A stretch of DNA of 64,000 bases from Nitrospirota bacterium (GCA_963845065.1 CAWJQQ010000001.1:160001-224000); one strand, 5' to 3'. Counted from the stretch's first letter, positions 41,636 through 54,661 are shown. Program-made: numbers and translations. Notes: generated by a model from the letters alone, not told the origin.

Positions 41636-41754
41636 ATGCCTACTATTATGGATATTTCGCATAACGCTGGATCAAAAAATTGTTACAATCGTGATACTGT
41701 GTTTGAGTGCACTATCCAGGGACCCGATCGTCGAAAATGTCTGTAGACATTGGG

Positions 41755-43796
<2,042 letters not shown>

Positions 43797-43854
43797 TTAA
43801 CAGTTTAAACCGTTTGAACCGTTTACGATGTTTAAACCGATTGTAGGAGGAGTC

Positions 43855-45327
43855 ATGGGCACAGAAGTGAAGGATAAAGAAACCAAGGACGCTAAACCCG
43901 TGAGCGGCAAGATCAAAGATACACAAAAAATGATCGAAGAGGTCCTGGATGCATACCCGGAGAAATCGAAGAAGGAGCGGGCGAAACACCTTGCAGCCAA
44001 CGATCCGACGGGACAGTGCAGTACTTGCCAGGTGAAGTCGAACGTTAAATCCAGACCCGGAGTCATGACTGTACGCGGCTGCGCTTACGCGGGAGCCAAG
44101 GGAGTGGTCTGGGGGCCGGTTAAGGACCAGATCACGATCAGCCACGGCCCCGTTGGTTGCGGCCAGTATTCCTGGTGGTCGCGCAGGAACTATTACAACG
44201 GCCAGACCGGGATAGACGCCTTCGGCACGATGCACATCACGACGGACTTCCAGGAAAAGAACATCGTCTACGGCGGGGACAAGGGTCTTGAAGCCGCTAT
44301 CAAGGAACTGCATGCACTCTTCCCGCTCGGTCGCGGCATCGGCATCTTGTCCGAGTGCCCTGTGGGACTTATCGGTGATGATATCGAGGCGGTTTCGAAG
44401 CGTGTGGCAAAGGAGATCAACATCCCGATCGTGCCGGTCCGATGCGAAGGCTTCCGCGGCGTGTCTCAGTCGCTGGGCCACCACATTGCAAATGATACGA
44501 TCCGCGATTACGTGCTCGGCAAGGGCGAACTCAAAAAGTCAACGCCCTATGACGTGAACCTCATCGGTGACTACAACATCGGCGGCGACGCCTGGGCTTC
44601 GCGTAAAATTCTCGAGGAGATGGGACTCCGCGTGATATCCCAGTACACCGGCGACTCTACGATCAATGAGATCGGCATCGCGACTAAGGCGAAGCTGAAC
44701 ATCATTCATTGCTACCGCTCTATGAACTATATTTGCAGGCATATGGAGGAGGCTTACGGCATCCCGTGGATGGAGTTCAACTTCTTCGGCCCCACAAAGA
44801 CCTATGACAGCATCAGGAAGATCGCAGCCAAATTCGATGAGAAGATCAAGGCGAATGCCGAGACTGTGATCGCGAAATACAAACCGCTCATGGATATGGT
44901 CATTGAGCATTACCGCCCTAAACTTGAAGGTAAGAAGGTTATGCTTTACGTGGGTGGATTGAGACCCCGTCACACTATCGGCGCATACGAAGACCTGGGC
45001 ATGGAAGTGGTGGCATCAGGATACGAATTCGGGCACAGCGACGACTATAAGCGCACCTATCCGGAAATGAAAGAAGGAGCGGTGATCATGGACGATGCAA
45101 CTTTATACGAACTTGAAGAGTTCACCCGGAGGCTGAAGCCGGACATGGTCGGTTCGGGCATCAAGGAGAAGTATTCGTATCACAAACTGGGCGTGCCATT
45201 CCGGCAAATGCATTCCTGGGACTATTCAGGCCCATATCACGGATTCGACGGGTTCCCAGTTTTTGCCAGGGACATGGATATGACAGTAAATAGCCCAACG
45301 TGGGGATTGATTCGGAGAAAGAAATAA
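43855..45327 (+). CDS. nifD: Nitrogenase MoFe protein alpha
   Basis: [22 protein letters not shown] and MHSWDY. Confidence 0.98.
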   Translation: MGTEVKDKETKDAKPVSGKIKDTQKMIEEVLDAYPEKSKKERAKHLAANDPTGQCSTCQVKSNVKSRPGVMTVRGCAYAGAKGVVWGPVKDQITISHGPVGCGQYSWWSRRNYYNGQTGIDAFGTMHITTDFQEKNIVYGGDKGLEAAIKELHALFPLGRGIGILSECPVGLIGDDIEAVSKRVAKEINIPIVPVRCEGFRGVSQSLGHHIANDTIRDYVLGKGELKKSTPYDVNLIGDYNIGGDAWASRKILEEMGLRVISQYTGDSTINEIGIATKAKLNIIHCYRSMNYICRHMEEAYGIPWMEFNFFGPTKTYDSIRKIAAKFDEKIKANAETVIAKYKPLMDMVIEHYRPKLEGKKVMLYVGGLRPRHTIGAYEDLGMEVVASGYEFGHSDDYKRTYPEMKEGAVIMDDATLYELEEFTRRLKPDMVGSGIKEKYSYHKLGVPFRQMHSWDYSGPYHGFDGFPVFARDMDMTVNSPTWGLIRRKK

Positions 45328-45427
45328 CGAACTATAAGAGCAATTACAATCATGGGTTCAGCGTATGGGAAACCATTGACCTGTACCCTGCGCGATGCAG
45401 TTACCCGTGCTTCCAATGGAGGATATT

Positions 45428-46933
45428 ATGAAAGTCAGAGACCATAGTGACTTGTTCAAGCAAAAAGACTACCAGGAGCAGTTCGAGCGTAAGAAGGAGT
45501 TCGAAAACTGCTGGCCCGCGGAGAAAGTAAAGGAAGTTTCCGAGTGGACTAAGACAGGGGAATACAAAGAACTAAATTTCAAGCGCGAGAATATCAAGAT
45601 CAATCCGGCCAAGGCATGCCAGCCTTTGGGTGCGGTGTTCTGCGCCTCAGGATTCGAAGGTTCTATGCCCTTTGTGCAGGGTGCACAGGGCTGCGTGGCC
45701 TATTTCAGGAGCCACCTTTCCCGTCATTTCAAGGAGCCCTTTGCAGCAATCTCTACGTCCATGACCGAAGATGCGGCCGTGTTCGGCGGGCTGAACAATA
45801 TGCTCGAAGGCCTGGAGAACACTTATACTCTATACAAACCCAAGATGATCGCTGTCTCTACGACCTGCATGGCCGAGGTGATCGGCGACGACTTGAATGC
45901 CTATATCAAGACAGCACGTGAAAAAGGCGTGATCCCCCAGGACCTGTTCGTGCCGTTCGCGCATACGCCGAGCTTCGTGGGTTCCCACATCGTTGGCTAT
46001 GATAACATGATGAAGGGGATTCTTAAAGCTCTCACGGCAGGCAAAAAAGGCGAGTCGAACGGTAAGATTAACATCATCCCCGGATTCGATACCTATACGG
46101 GCAACTATCACGAGATCAAACGGCTGATGGCCATGATGGGCGTCGAGTTCACTCTGCTTGCGGATGTGAGTGACACCTTTGACTCACCCAATACCGGCGA
46201 ATATAAGCTCTATCCCGGGGGAACGCCGCTCGCTGATACCCAGGATGCCGTGAACGCTGTGGCAACAGTTGTACTTCAGAAATACTCGACAAGCAAGACG
46301 CTGGACCATATCCAAAAAGATTGGGGACAAAAAACTGTCTCTTTAACGCCCATTGGCATTAAGAATACAGATCTATTCTTTGATGAACTTTCAAAAATTA
46401 CAGGCAAACCGATCCCGGTTTCCATTGAGGCAGAGCGCGGCAGGGCCGTTGACGCGATGATCGATTCTCATCCGTATGTCCACGGCAAGCGGTTTGCTCT
46501 AGTGGGAGACCCTGATATCCTGCTCGGGATGATGAGCCTTATCATGGAGATGGGAGGCGAGCCCGTGCATGTGGTATGCACGAACGGTGACAAAAATTTC
46601 GAAGCCGAGGCAAATGAACTTCTGGCATCTAACCTCTTTGGCGCAAACGGAAAAGTTTATGCAGGTAAGGATATGTGGCATCTTCGCTCGCTCCTGTTCA
46701 CTGATCCCGTGGATATCCTGATCGGCAACTCCTATGCGAAGTTTCTGACCCGCGACACGGGTACGCCGCTCATCAGGATAGGATTCCCGCTCTTCGACCG
46801 GCACCACCTGCATCGCCAGCCCATCATCGGTTACCAGGGTGCGATTAATCTTATCACTATGCTGGTGAATACGGCACTGGACGAACTGGACCGGAAAACC
46901 GAAGATTCGGCAAGTTTTGACGTAATCAGATAA
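45428..46933 (+). CDS. nifK: Nitrogenase MoFe protein beta
   Basis: NPAKACQPLG, QGCVAY, TTCMAEVIGDD and TPSFVGSH. Confidence 0.98.
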   Translation: MKVRDHSDLFKQKDYQEQFERKKEFENCWPAEKVKEVSEWTKTGEYKELNFKRENIKINPAKACQPLGAVFCASGFEGSMPFVQGAQGCVAYFRSHLSRHFKEPFAAISTSMTEDAAVFGGLNNMLEGLENTYTLYKPKMIAVSTTCMAEVIGDDLNAYIKTAREKGVIPQDLFVPFAHTPSFVGSHIVGYDNMMKGILKALTAGKKGESNGKINIIPGFDTYTGNYHEIKRLMAMMGVEFTLLADVSDTFDSPNTGEYKLYPGGTPLADTQDAVNAVATVVLQKYSTSKTLDHIQKDWGQKTVSLTPIGIKNTDLFFDELSKITGKPIPVSIEAERGRAVDAMIDSHPYVHGKRFALVGDPDILLGMMSLIMEMGGEPVHVVCTNGDKNFEAEANELLASNLFGANGKVYAGKDMWHLRSLLFTDPVDILIGNSYAKFLTRDTGTPLIRIGFPLFDRHHLHRQPIIGYQGAINLITMLVNTALDELDRKTEDSASFDVIR

Positions 46934-46988
46934 GGATATTCAGAATTCAGTGCGATAAAAATAGAGTACAGAGCATAGTGGAGCATTT

Positions 46989-49613
46989 ATGGTTACAACG
47001 ATAGACAGGCTGACACAGGATGGGTGTTCAACGGATGACAAGCATAAAGTCTGCCGCGCACGGGGAGGGGAGTCTTGCGCCTTTGACGGGGCCATGATCG
47101 TGCTACAGCCCATTGCTGATACGGCGCATCTTGTACATGGACCCATAGCCTGCTGTGGAAATTCCTGGGAGGGACGGGGCGCGCTCTCCACCAAAGGCGA
47201 GCTCCACACCATGGGATTCACCACGGACATGGGCGAGATCGATATCGTCTATGGGTCTGAAGAAAAACTTCGGACAGCAATTAAGAGGACATTCGATGCC
47301 GTGAAGCCCAAGGCGATCTTTGTGTATTCAACCTGCGTAAGCGGACTTACGGGCGAGGATATTGATGCTGTCTGTAAACGGGCTCAGATCGAACTGGACA
47401 TACGGGTAATCCCGGTGAACGCGCCTGGTTTTGTCGGGCCGAAGAACCTCGGGAACCGTATTGCAGGCGAAGTTTTGCTCGAAGAAGTGATCGGGTCCGG
47501 AGAGACGCCGGTCATGACGCATACTGATATCAATCTGATCGGCGAATATAATATCGCGGGGGACCTCTGGCTTTTGGAGCCGCTCCTCGCTAAGGCTGGC
47601 ATCCGTATCCTTTCGCGGATTACGGGGGATTCAACCTTCGAGGAAATTACCTGGGCGCACCAGGCAAAGCTGAACGTAATCGTGTGCAGCCGTGCCCTGA
47701 TCAATGTTGTAAAAAAGATGGAACAGAAGTACGGCATCCCCTTTATAGAGGCGTCGTTCTATGGCAGTACGGAAATTGCTAAGGCTCTACGTGCGATCGC
47801 ATATGCGCTGCAGAGCAGGGTCGGTCGCGATGAGCCATCGTTGACCTCCAGCGTAGAGGATCTCATAAAAACCGAAGAAAAGCGGCTCAAACAGCAGCTC
47901 AAACCGTATCAGCATCTCCAAGGGAAAAAGGCAGTACTTTACACGGGCGGTGTCAAGAGCTGGTCCTTCATCTCAGCACTTCGCGATTTGGGCATCGAGA
48001 TTGTCGCCATCGGCACCAAGAAAAGTTCGGCCGAGGACGAAGAGAAGATGAAAGCGATTCTCGGGCCTGACGCGCCGCTCGTAGAGGATGTTACGCCCAA
48101 GAATCTTCTAAGGCTTCTCCGGGAACGCAAGGCAGACATTCTTGTTGCAGGAGGCCGGAACCAGTACCTGGCGGTCAAGGAAGGTTATCCTTTTGTGGAT
48201 GTTAACCAGGAGCGGCATACACCCTATGCAGGATACCTAGGGTTGGTTAATTTGGCCGAACAGATAAGCAATGGCATCAACTTCTATGGACGAGGCAAGG
48301 GTGAAGGGACAAGGCTGAAGGAAAGCTACTTAACGAGTGCGAGACCTGAAACGCGAAATTCAAAACTGCATAACGGACTCCTGATCAACCCACTCAAGCA
48401 TTCTCCGTCTATGGGTGCCGCAATAGCGTTCCAGGGAGTCGATAGGGCGTTGCCGATCATCCACGGGGCACAGGGCTGCGCATTCCTTGGCAAGGTACTC
48501 CTGACGAAACATTTTCGCGATCCTATCGCGCTCGCAACAAGTAAACTTTTTGTAGAAGATGTGGTCATGGGAAGTGAGGAGAAACTCGCTCAGACGATTG
48601 AAGGTTTTATCGAGAAAAACGATCCGGCGCTCATCGGCGTCCTGACGTCGGGATTGAGCGAAGTGAAGGGCGACGACGTATCGAGCGCGGTCAAACGACT
48701 CCGAACAGGAAATCCAAAGCAGCGGGTTATCCATATCACAACACCGGACTATGATGGCGGGTTGGAAACAGGATATGCGAGGGTGATTGAAAAAATAGCT
48801 TCGAGTTTCGAGTTTGGAGATGGCAGCTCGAATGGAAGACAGATCAACGTCCTCGCCGGCTCCCATTTTACGCCTGCGGATTTCAACGAGATCCGGCAAA
48901 TCGTTGAATCCTTCGGTTTGAAAGCGATTATGCTCCCTGATCTGTCCGCGCTTGATGGCAGCAGACAGGGCGTTTCTCCCCTTGCTTTGGGCGGCACGAG
49001 CGTAGATGAGCTCTGCACCATGGACGCCTCGAAGTTTACCATCGTTCTCGGGAAAAGCCTGGAACCAGCTGCGTGCCTCCTGGCGGAGCGGACCGGTGTC
49101 GCATACCATATGTTCGATAGCTTAACGGGTCTCGGTGATTTCGACGAGTTTCTCAAGACGCTCAGCGAGATCAGCGGCAATCCCATTCCGCAGCAATACG
49201 ACCGTCAACGAAAGGTTCTGGTAGATGCAATGAGGGACGCGCATTTTTTCTTCGGCGGCAAAAAGATCTGTCTTGCCCTTGAGCCGGATCATGCGCTCCA
49301 AACCGCGAAATGGATCTCTGCTATGGGTGCATCCATAAAGTTGGCGGTTATCCCCACTTTGTCCAGTGCAGCAGATTATATCCCTGCCCGGGAAGTACAG
49401 ATCGGCGATCTGTACTCTATTGCCGGAGAGTTCGACGTGCTCATTTCCAATTCTCATGCCGAAGGCACGGCAAAGCGGCTTGGTGTCCCATTCTATGAAA
49501 TGGGTTTCCCGGTGTATAAGTCTCTCGGGTATACGTCGAAAAAAACGATCGGTTACCAGGGGATGATGTCGATGGTGTATGAGATGGCCAATCTTCTGAT
49601 GAAGAAGTATTGA
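46989..49613 (+). CDS. nifEN: Fused NifE-NifN scaffold
   Basis: CAFDGA and YTGGVKSW (NifE), then NPLKHS and HGAQGC...HFRDPI (NifN) in one ORF. Confidence 0.93.
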   Translation: MVTTIDRLTQDGCSTDDKHKVCRARGGESCAFDGAMIVLQPIADTAHLVHGPIACCGNSWEGRGALSTKGELHTMGFTTDMGEIDIVYGSEEKLRTAIKRTFDAVKPKAIFVYSTCVSGLTGEDIDAVCKRAQIELDIRVIPVNAPGFVGPKNLGNRIAGEVLLEEVIGSGETPVMTHTDINLIGEYNIAGDLWLLEPLLAKAGIRILSRITGDSTFEEITWAHQAKLNVIVCSRALINVVKKMEQKYGIPFIEASFYGSTEIAKALRAIAYALQSRVGRDEPSLTSSVEDLIKTEEKRLKQQLKPYQHLQGKKAVLYTGGVKSWSFISALRDLGIEIVAIGTKKSSAEDEEKMKAILGPDAPLVEDVTPKNLLRLLRERKADILVAGGRNQYLAVKEGYPFVDVNQERHTPYAGYLGLVNLAEQISNGINFYGRGKGEGTRLKESYLTSARPETRNSKLHNGLLINPLKHSPSMGAAIAFQGVDRALPIIHGAQGCAFLGKVLLTKHFRDPIALATSKLFVEDVVMGSEEKLAQTIEGFIEKNDPALIGVLTSGLSEVKGDDVSSAVKRLRTGNPKQRVIHITTPDYDGGLETGYARVIEKIASSFEFGDGSSNGRQINVLAGSHFTPADFNEIRQIVESFGLKAIMLPDLSALDGSRQGVSPLALGGTSVDELCTMDASKFTIVLGKSLEPAACLLAERTGVAYHMFDSLTGLGDFDEFLKTLSEISGNPIPQQYDRQRKVLVDAMRDAHFFFGGKKICLALEPDHALQTAKWISAMGASIKLAVIPTLSSAADYIPAREVQIGDLYSIAGEFDVLISNSHAEGTAKRLGVPFYEMGFPVYKSLGYTSKKTIGYQGMMSMVYEMANLLMKKY

Positions 49614-49671
49614 TGCAGAAGGGCTAAGCGGCAAGGGGCAAGGCACAGGGATAGTGCCAAGGGAGGGACGT

Positions 49672-50064
49672 ATGAAAGTAGCATTCGCAACAACCGACGG
49701 GAAGAACGTGGACGAACATTTCGGCCGTGCAGGGAAGTTCGCCATTTATGAAATGACAGGAGAGGGGTATCACTTTGTGGAAATCCGGAAGTTCTCCGAC
49801 GGGATGGACAAGTCCGTTACAGACACAAAGGACATGGGCCCGCTTCATGACAACGCGGTCCAGAGCAAGATCGACCGTCTCGCTGACTGCAAGCTCGTAT
49901 ACATGACGGAAATCGGCGGACCCTCGGCTGCGCGTCTTGTGAAAAAGGGCATGATGCCAATGAAGGTGAAGGAACCGGTTGCCATTGAAAACGCTCTCGA
50001 AAAGCTTGAAGAAACGATAAGAAAATCTCCGCCGCCGTGGTTGAGGAAAGCGTTGGGGAATTAA
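49672..50064 (+). CDS. nifX: NifX
   Basis: MKVAFAT..VDEHFG, IGGPSAA and PPPWLRKAL. Confidence 0.92.
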   Translation: MKVAFATTDGKNVDEHFGRAGKFAIYEMTGEGYHFVEIRKFSDGMDKSVTDTKDMGPLHDNAVQSKIDRLADCKLVYMTEIGGPSAARLVKKGMMPMKVKEPVAIENALEKLEETIRKSPPPWLRKALGN

Positions 50065-50105
50065 GAGAACAGAGCCCAGAGTAAAAAATCAGGAGGAGAT
50101 AAGCC

Positions 50106-50423
50106 ATGAAAATGATCAGAGCATTCATACGTCCCGAGAAGGAACAGGAAGTTGTGCTGGCGCTGGAAGGCGCAGGGTTCCCGTCACTCACGAAACTGCC
50201 CGTGTTCGGGCGAGGCAAGCAGAAAGGCCTGACTGTCGGTCCGGTTCATTATGATGAGCTGCCTAAGACGCTCATTATGACCGTTATCGATGACAAGGAC
50301 CTGGACAAGGTGTTGAAGGTTATCCAGGACAAGGCTAGGACTGGGTTTATTGGGGACGGCAAGATATTTATCAGCCCTGTTGAGACCGCTTATACTGTCA
50401 GAACCGGCGAAGCAGGATTATAG
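50106..50423 (+). CDS. nifI1: PII-like NifI1
   Basis: GRGKQKG...YDELPK with a short T-loop. Confidence 0.88.
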   Translation: MKMIRAFIRPEKEQEVVLALEGAGFPSLTKLPVFGRGKQKGLTVGPVHYDELPKTLIMTVIDDKDLDKVLKVIQDKARTGFIGDGKIFISPVETAYTVRTGEAGL

Positions 50424-50545
50424 AATTAGCATGGAACAGTGGTTACCGAGGTGTCAGCATAGAGCAAATGGCAGGGTACAAACCATAACGATGTGTATCG
50501 TGCACTTTATGTCTCAGTAACGTCATTAAAGAGGGGGCATCGATC

Positions 50546-50962
50546 ATGAAAGAAATAACAGCTATTATACGCCGGGATAAACTCCCAGAATCCAAAAAAG
50601 TCCTGGAAGAACTCGGCTATCCCTCGCTTACGATCCAAAGTGTTGATGGCCGGGGAAAACAGAAAGGTGCCATGTGCGGTGAAATGGATTCCGAACTGCC
50701 GGAGAGTTACTGCACCTCGGCAAAACTGAAACCCACACCGTCAACGTATGCCCTGGAACACACGCTGCCGAAAATGGCGCTCTATGTGCCAAAGCGGCTG
50801 CTTACGATCATAGTGCCCGATGAGGCGGTCATGACCGTTGTTAAGTCGCTCATCAAAGTTAACAAGACGGGCAAGGCCGGAGACGGTAAAATTTTCATAT
50901 CCCCCATCGAAGGCGCATTGCGCGTACGCACCGGAGAGAAGAACGGCGAAGCAATTATGTAA
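50546..50962 (+). CDS. nifI2: PII-like NifI2
   Basis: MKEITAIIR, GRGK, long T-loop, VPKRLL and GDGKIF. Confidence 0.88.
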   Translation: MKEITAIIRRDKLPESKKVLEELGYPSLTIQSVDGRGKQKGAMCGEMDSELPESYCTSAKLKPTPSTYALEHTLPKMALYVPKRLLTIIVPDEAVMTVVKSLIKVNKTGKAGDGKIFISPIEGALRVRTGEKNGEAIM

Positions 50963-51071
50963 GGTACGAGAAGCGCAGATCAGCTGGGGCAAGAGGTATG
51001 AGAAGAGGATATTTGGATTCGCTTTAGATCTCTTTGCCATATGCTATTGGGCATTGTTTTTTGGAGGAACT

Positions 51072-51350
51072 ATGTCACCTATTACCGGAACTACCCGGGG
51101 CGGCAAGCCCTGGAATCCCAAATTTATTAATGAGATCGATATCCACAAGTGCATCGGCTGCGGACGGTGTTACAAGGTTTGCGGTTTCAATGTCCTTGAG
51201 CTTATCGAAAAACCGTTTGAGGGTGAGGATGAGTACGGGGACGATATGGGCAACAAAGTCATGTCCATTGCACACCTCGAGAACTGCATCGGGTGCGAAG
51301 CGTGCAGCCGGGCTTGCACCAAGAAGTGTCATGTACATGTGACGGCGTGA
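51072..51350 (+). CDS. fdxB: nif-specific ferredoxin III
   Basis: TRGGKPWNP, CIGCGRCYKVC and CIGCEACSRAC. Confidence 0.88.
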   Translation: MSPITGTTRGGKPWNPKFINEIDIHKCIGCGRCYKVCGFNVLELIEKPFEGEDEYGDDMGNKVMSIAHLENCIGCEACSRACTKKCHVHVTA

Positions 51351-51436
51351 TGACAGGATGCTGCTGGTGAACAGAGGGAACGGATGTTTTCGCCACCCCT
51401 TTTAGGGAAGGCTAGGGGAAGGATGGGATTGTGGTC

Positions 51437-51898
51437 ATGGATATCACCATTCGCAGTGCCACGACAGGAGATATCCCCCGGATGGTCGAGTTCCTTGGTG
51501 ATCTATTTTCGATCGAATCAGATTTTGCACCTGACAAGGAGAGCCAGGCACGCGGCCTCGCTATGCTGGTCAATGAACCTTCGGGTATGTCTCAAGCCCT
51601 GGTTGCCGTCCACGCTGGAACAGCCGTCGGCATGGCCACGGTCCAGATGCTGATTTCCACCTCCGAAGGAGGCTGCGTCGGGTTGGTTGAAGATGTGATC
51701 GTTGACCGAAAGTTCCGGGGCCGAGGCATCGGCACGCTTCTGCTCGAACATATTGCAGAATGGGGCAAGTCGCGGAACCTCAAGCGACTCCAACTCCTGG
51801 CTGACAGCGAAAACGACGACGCAGTGGCTTTTTATGCAAAACGTGGCTGGAGTTCAACCAGCTTGATCTGCCTGCGAAAGATTTCTGCACCTCTTTAA
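51437..51898 (+). CDS. GNAT acetyltransferase
   Basis: RGRGIGTLLL and AVAFYAKRGW. Confidence 0.88.
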   Translation: MDITIRSATTGDIPRMVEFLGDLFSIESDFAPDKESQARGLAMLVNEPSGMSQALVAVHAGTAVGMATVQMLISTSEGGCVGLVEDVIVDRKFRGRGIGTLLLEHIAEWGKSRNLKRLQLLADSENDDAVAFYAKRGWSSTSLICLRKISAPL

Positions 51899-51941
51899 CG
51901 TAAGCGACCATTGATTTTCATGTGGAACATTACCCACAGTC

Positions 51942-52044
51942 TGCACTAAAACTATGCACATGCCACTTTTTTCCTAAAGCGCAATTTTATTTGAAAAGCC
52001 AACTCATTCATTCTTCATGGGTTTTTCCTGGCAATGATCTTGCT
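51942..52044 (+). promoter_or_regulatory. NtrC-like enhancer plus sigma54 promoter of nifB-hesA
   Basis: TGCACTAAAACTATGCA (51942-51958); TGGCAATGATCTTGCT (52029-52044). Confidence 0.75.
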
Positions 52045-52073
52045 ATTATGAGTATGAATGCAAGGAGGCTGCT

Positions 52074-52964
52074 ATGAACAACCCCGTTCATGTTAACAAA
52101 GAGTTTATCAAGGTGCACCCCTGTTTTACCGAGGAGGCACATCAGAAGTTCAGCAGGGCGCATCTGTCGGTTGCGCCTGCATGTAATATCCAGTGCCGTT
52201 ATTGTGTCAGAAAATTCGATTGTGCCAACGAATCAAGGCCCGGGATCACGAGCAGGGTTTTGACGCCGGACGAGGCGGTCGATCGCACCCGGGTGCTTAT
52301 CGAGAGAAGTGACCGCTTGAGCGTAATCGGGATTGCGGGTCCTGGAGACCCGCTTGTGAACGCGCCGACGTTCGTGGTACTCAGGCACATCAACTGGGAG
52401 TATCCGGATCTAACGCTTTGCCTTTCGACGAACGGTCTTCTCTTGCCCGATAAGCTGGAGCTGCTTCAAGCATCGGGTGTCCGCAGCTTGACGGTAACGA
52501 TCAATGCCGTTAACTCTGAAATTGCCGAAAATATCTATTCTTGGATTATTTACCATGGACGGCGATATGAGGGGAGAGAAGCTGCGAAATTGCTCTTGGC
52601 GAATCAGTGGGGGGGGCTTGAGGCCGCTATTAATGCCGGTCTTATCGTTAAGGTAAACACCGTTTTCATCCCTGGTGTCAACAACGGTGAATTGCCCCTT
52701 ATCGCACAGCGTGCCGGAGAACTCGGCGCGGATCTAATGAACATCATCCCACTCATTCCGCAGGCGGAGTTTGCCCATCTTACGCGTCCATCTCATGCTG
52801 AGATCAATAAGATGCGCGAGCTCTGCAGGCCCTTCATCCGACAGATGACGCATTGCAAACAGTGCCGGGCCGATGCCTGCGGCATCCTCGGTGAGGATAA
52901 GGACATGGAACTCGAAGTGCTCATGCAACGGATCGGCGAGGAATATAGCGAATCGGTGTTATGA
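52074..52964 (+). CDS. nifB: NifB, radical SAM domain only
   Basis: HPC, CNIQCRYC, ESRPG, AGPGD, TVTIN and CKQCRADACG; no NifX-like domain. Confidence 0.85.
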   Translation: MNNPVHVNKEFIKVHPCFTEEAHQKFSRAHLSVAPACNIQCRYCVRKFDCANESRPGITSRVLTPDEAVDRTRVLIERSDRLSVIGIAGPGDPLVNAPTFVVLRHINWEYPDLTLCLSTNGLLLPDKLELLQASGVRSLTVTINAVNSEIAENIYSWIIYHGRRYEGREAAKLLLANQWGGLEAAINAGLIVKVNTVFIPGVNNGELPLIAQRAGELGADLMNIIPLIPQAEFAHLTRPSHAEINKMRELCRPFIRQMTHCKQCRADACGILGEDKDMELEVLMQRIGEEYSESVL

Positions 52965-53713
52965 TCATGGAACAACAGCTTACGCATACTGAACAGGAGC
53001 GCTACCGCCGCCAGTTGATGCTGCGGGGTTTTACGCCTGACCACCAGCGGTGGCTTAGAAACTCCACAGCCTTTGTCGCCGGCGTGGGCGGACTCGGCGG
53101 AACCGCGGCGCTCTATCTCGCCGCAGCAGGTCTCGGCAGGCTGATTATCGTGCACTCGGGAAACCTAACACTATCAAACATGAACCGTCAGATTCTGATG
53201 AAGAACAACCGGATAGGCGAGAGCAGGGTACACCAGGCGAAAAAGACGATACAGGATATGAATCCAGATATCGATATCGAAGTTCGGGATGAACGGATCA
53301 CGAAAGACAATATCGAAATGATGCTTCGCACGGCGCAGATAGCCTTATCCGCCCGTCCAAATTTTGACGAACGCAGAATTCTGAACCGTGCCTGTATTGA
53401 AAAGGGTATTCCGATGGTGGAAGCGGCGATGAACGGGATGGAGGGATATATCTTTAACGTTATCCCCAGGGTCGCATCCTGCGTTCATTGTGTCTATCCC
53501 GAGGATGATCCATCGTGGGAGGAATTGGGTTTTCCCGTACTCGGTGCTGTATCGGGAATGCTCGGGTGCATCATGGCGGTTGAGGCGATCAAACTGCTCA
53601 CCGGATACGGGAAACCGCTTTTTTCTGAAATGCTTCTGTTTAATACGCTGGACATGGATTTTCGAAAAGTGAAAATTCCCCGGAATAAACTCTGCCAGGT
53701 TTGCAAGGCATGA
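52961..53713 (+). CDS. hesA: HesA/MoeB/ThiF-family protein
   Basis: ERYRRQ, GVGGLG, SNMNRQIL and two CxxC. Confidence 0.85.
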   Translation: MIMEQQLTHTEQERYRRQLMLRGFTPDHQRWLRNSTAFVAGVGGLGGTAALYLAAAGLGRLIIVHSGNLTLSNMNRQILMKNNRIGESRVHQAKKTIQDMNPDIDIEVRDERITKDNIEMMLRTAQIALSARPNFDERRILNRACIEKGIPMVEAAMNGMEGYIFNVIPRVASCVHCVYPEDDPSWEELGFPVLGAVSGMLGCIMAVEAIKLLTGYGKPLFSEMLLFNTLDMDFRKVKIPRNKLCQVCKA

Positions 53714-54322
53714 GTTGCGAGCGTTAAGCTGCATTGATGAGGTGGATGGTGGTCCTTGATGATAATCGGCATGCAGATTTTCTCGATGGCGATATATTTT
53801 AAAACATTTCTGATCGGAATTCGGAATAATGAACGACAAAGGAGGAGGGCCGTCGATATCACGATGATAGCCAGGTGTTCCCTGCTCTACGGGCTATCCC
53901 TGTTATTGTGCATCCCCACGGTAGGACGATGAAACGTCTACTGTACCAAGGCCAGTCACGGTGCCGCTACAGCAGTATTTAGTTGTCTGAGGTATATATG
54001 ACAAAGTTGAAGCAATTCGGAATGCGGTCATGCATGGGAACATCGGATGGCGATAGATTTTCAAGAACGATTTTGACCATTTCCTCAAACGACGTAAAGA
54101 GGTAGTAAGTTCCTTATCATCGGCCCCAGGTAATGCAGGGAAGTACAACTAATCAAATATACATGCCTACTCTAAGGAGTTGATTCGACGTTAGGCCGAT
54201 TTGCGTGCCAGAGCCTCAATTCACGTACTGGCCAGTGAATAAGACCCAACGTGGTGATTCTGTCATTGCATCGTTAATTCCCTATCAACTCGATTAAAAA
54301 ATACACTGTAAGGATTGGCAGG

Positions 54323-54661
54323 TCATAATGCAGCCATGCCGCTTTCCTGCGTCCTTATCCGTATCACATTGGCTATATCATGTACAAATATTTTACCGTC
54401 TCCGACCTCTCCAGTTAATGCCGCATTGAGTATGACTTTGATGATCTTATCCGCATCTTCGTCTTTTACGACTACTTCTACCTTTGTTTTGCTCATCAAT
54501 CTCACTTTATACGATATGCCGCGGACTAGATTTACCCATCCTTTTTGGTCTCCATGCCCCTCAACTTGAGAGAGCGTTACACCAGGATGCCCCACATTGT
54601 CCAAAGCGGCGCATACCTCTGTGGCCTTCTCCGGACGTATTATCGCTTCGATTCTCTTCAT
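54323..54661 (-). CDS. PII-family protein (GlnB/GlnK-like, divergent)
   Basis: IEAIIRP, QKG, TGEVGDGKIF and IRIRT. Confidence 0.9.
   Translation of the reverse strand: MKRIEAIIRPEKATEVCAALDNVGHPGVTLSQVEGHGDQKGWVNLVRGISYKVRLMSKTKVEVVVKDEDADKIIKVILNAALTGEVGDGKIFVHDIANVIRIRTQESGMAAL

Noticed and set aside
53991..54152. HEPN-like RNAVMH peptide
   Set aside because: Short, bounded and interrupted by stops; too little to call.
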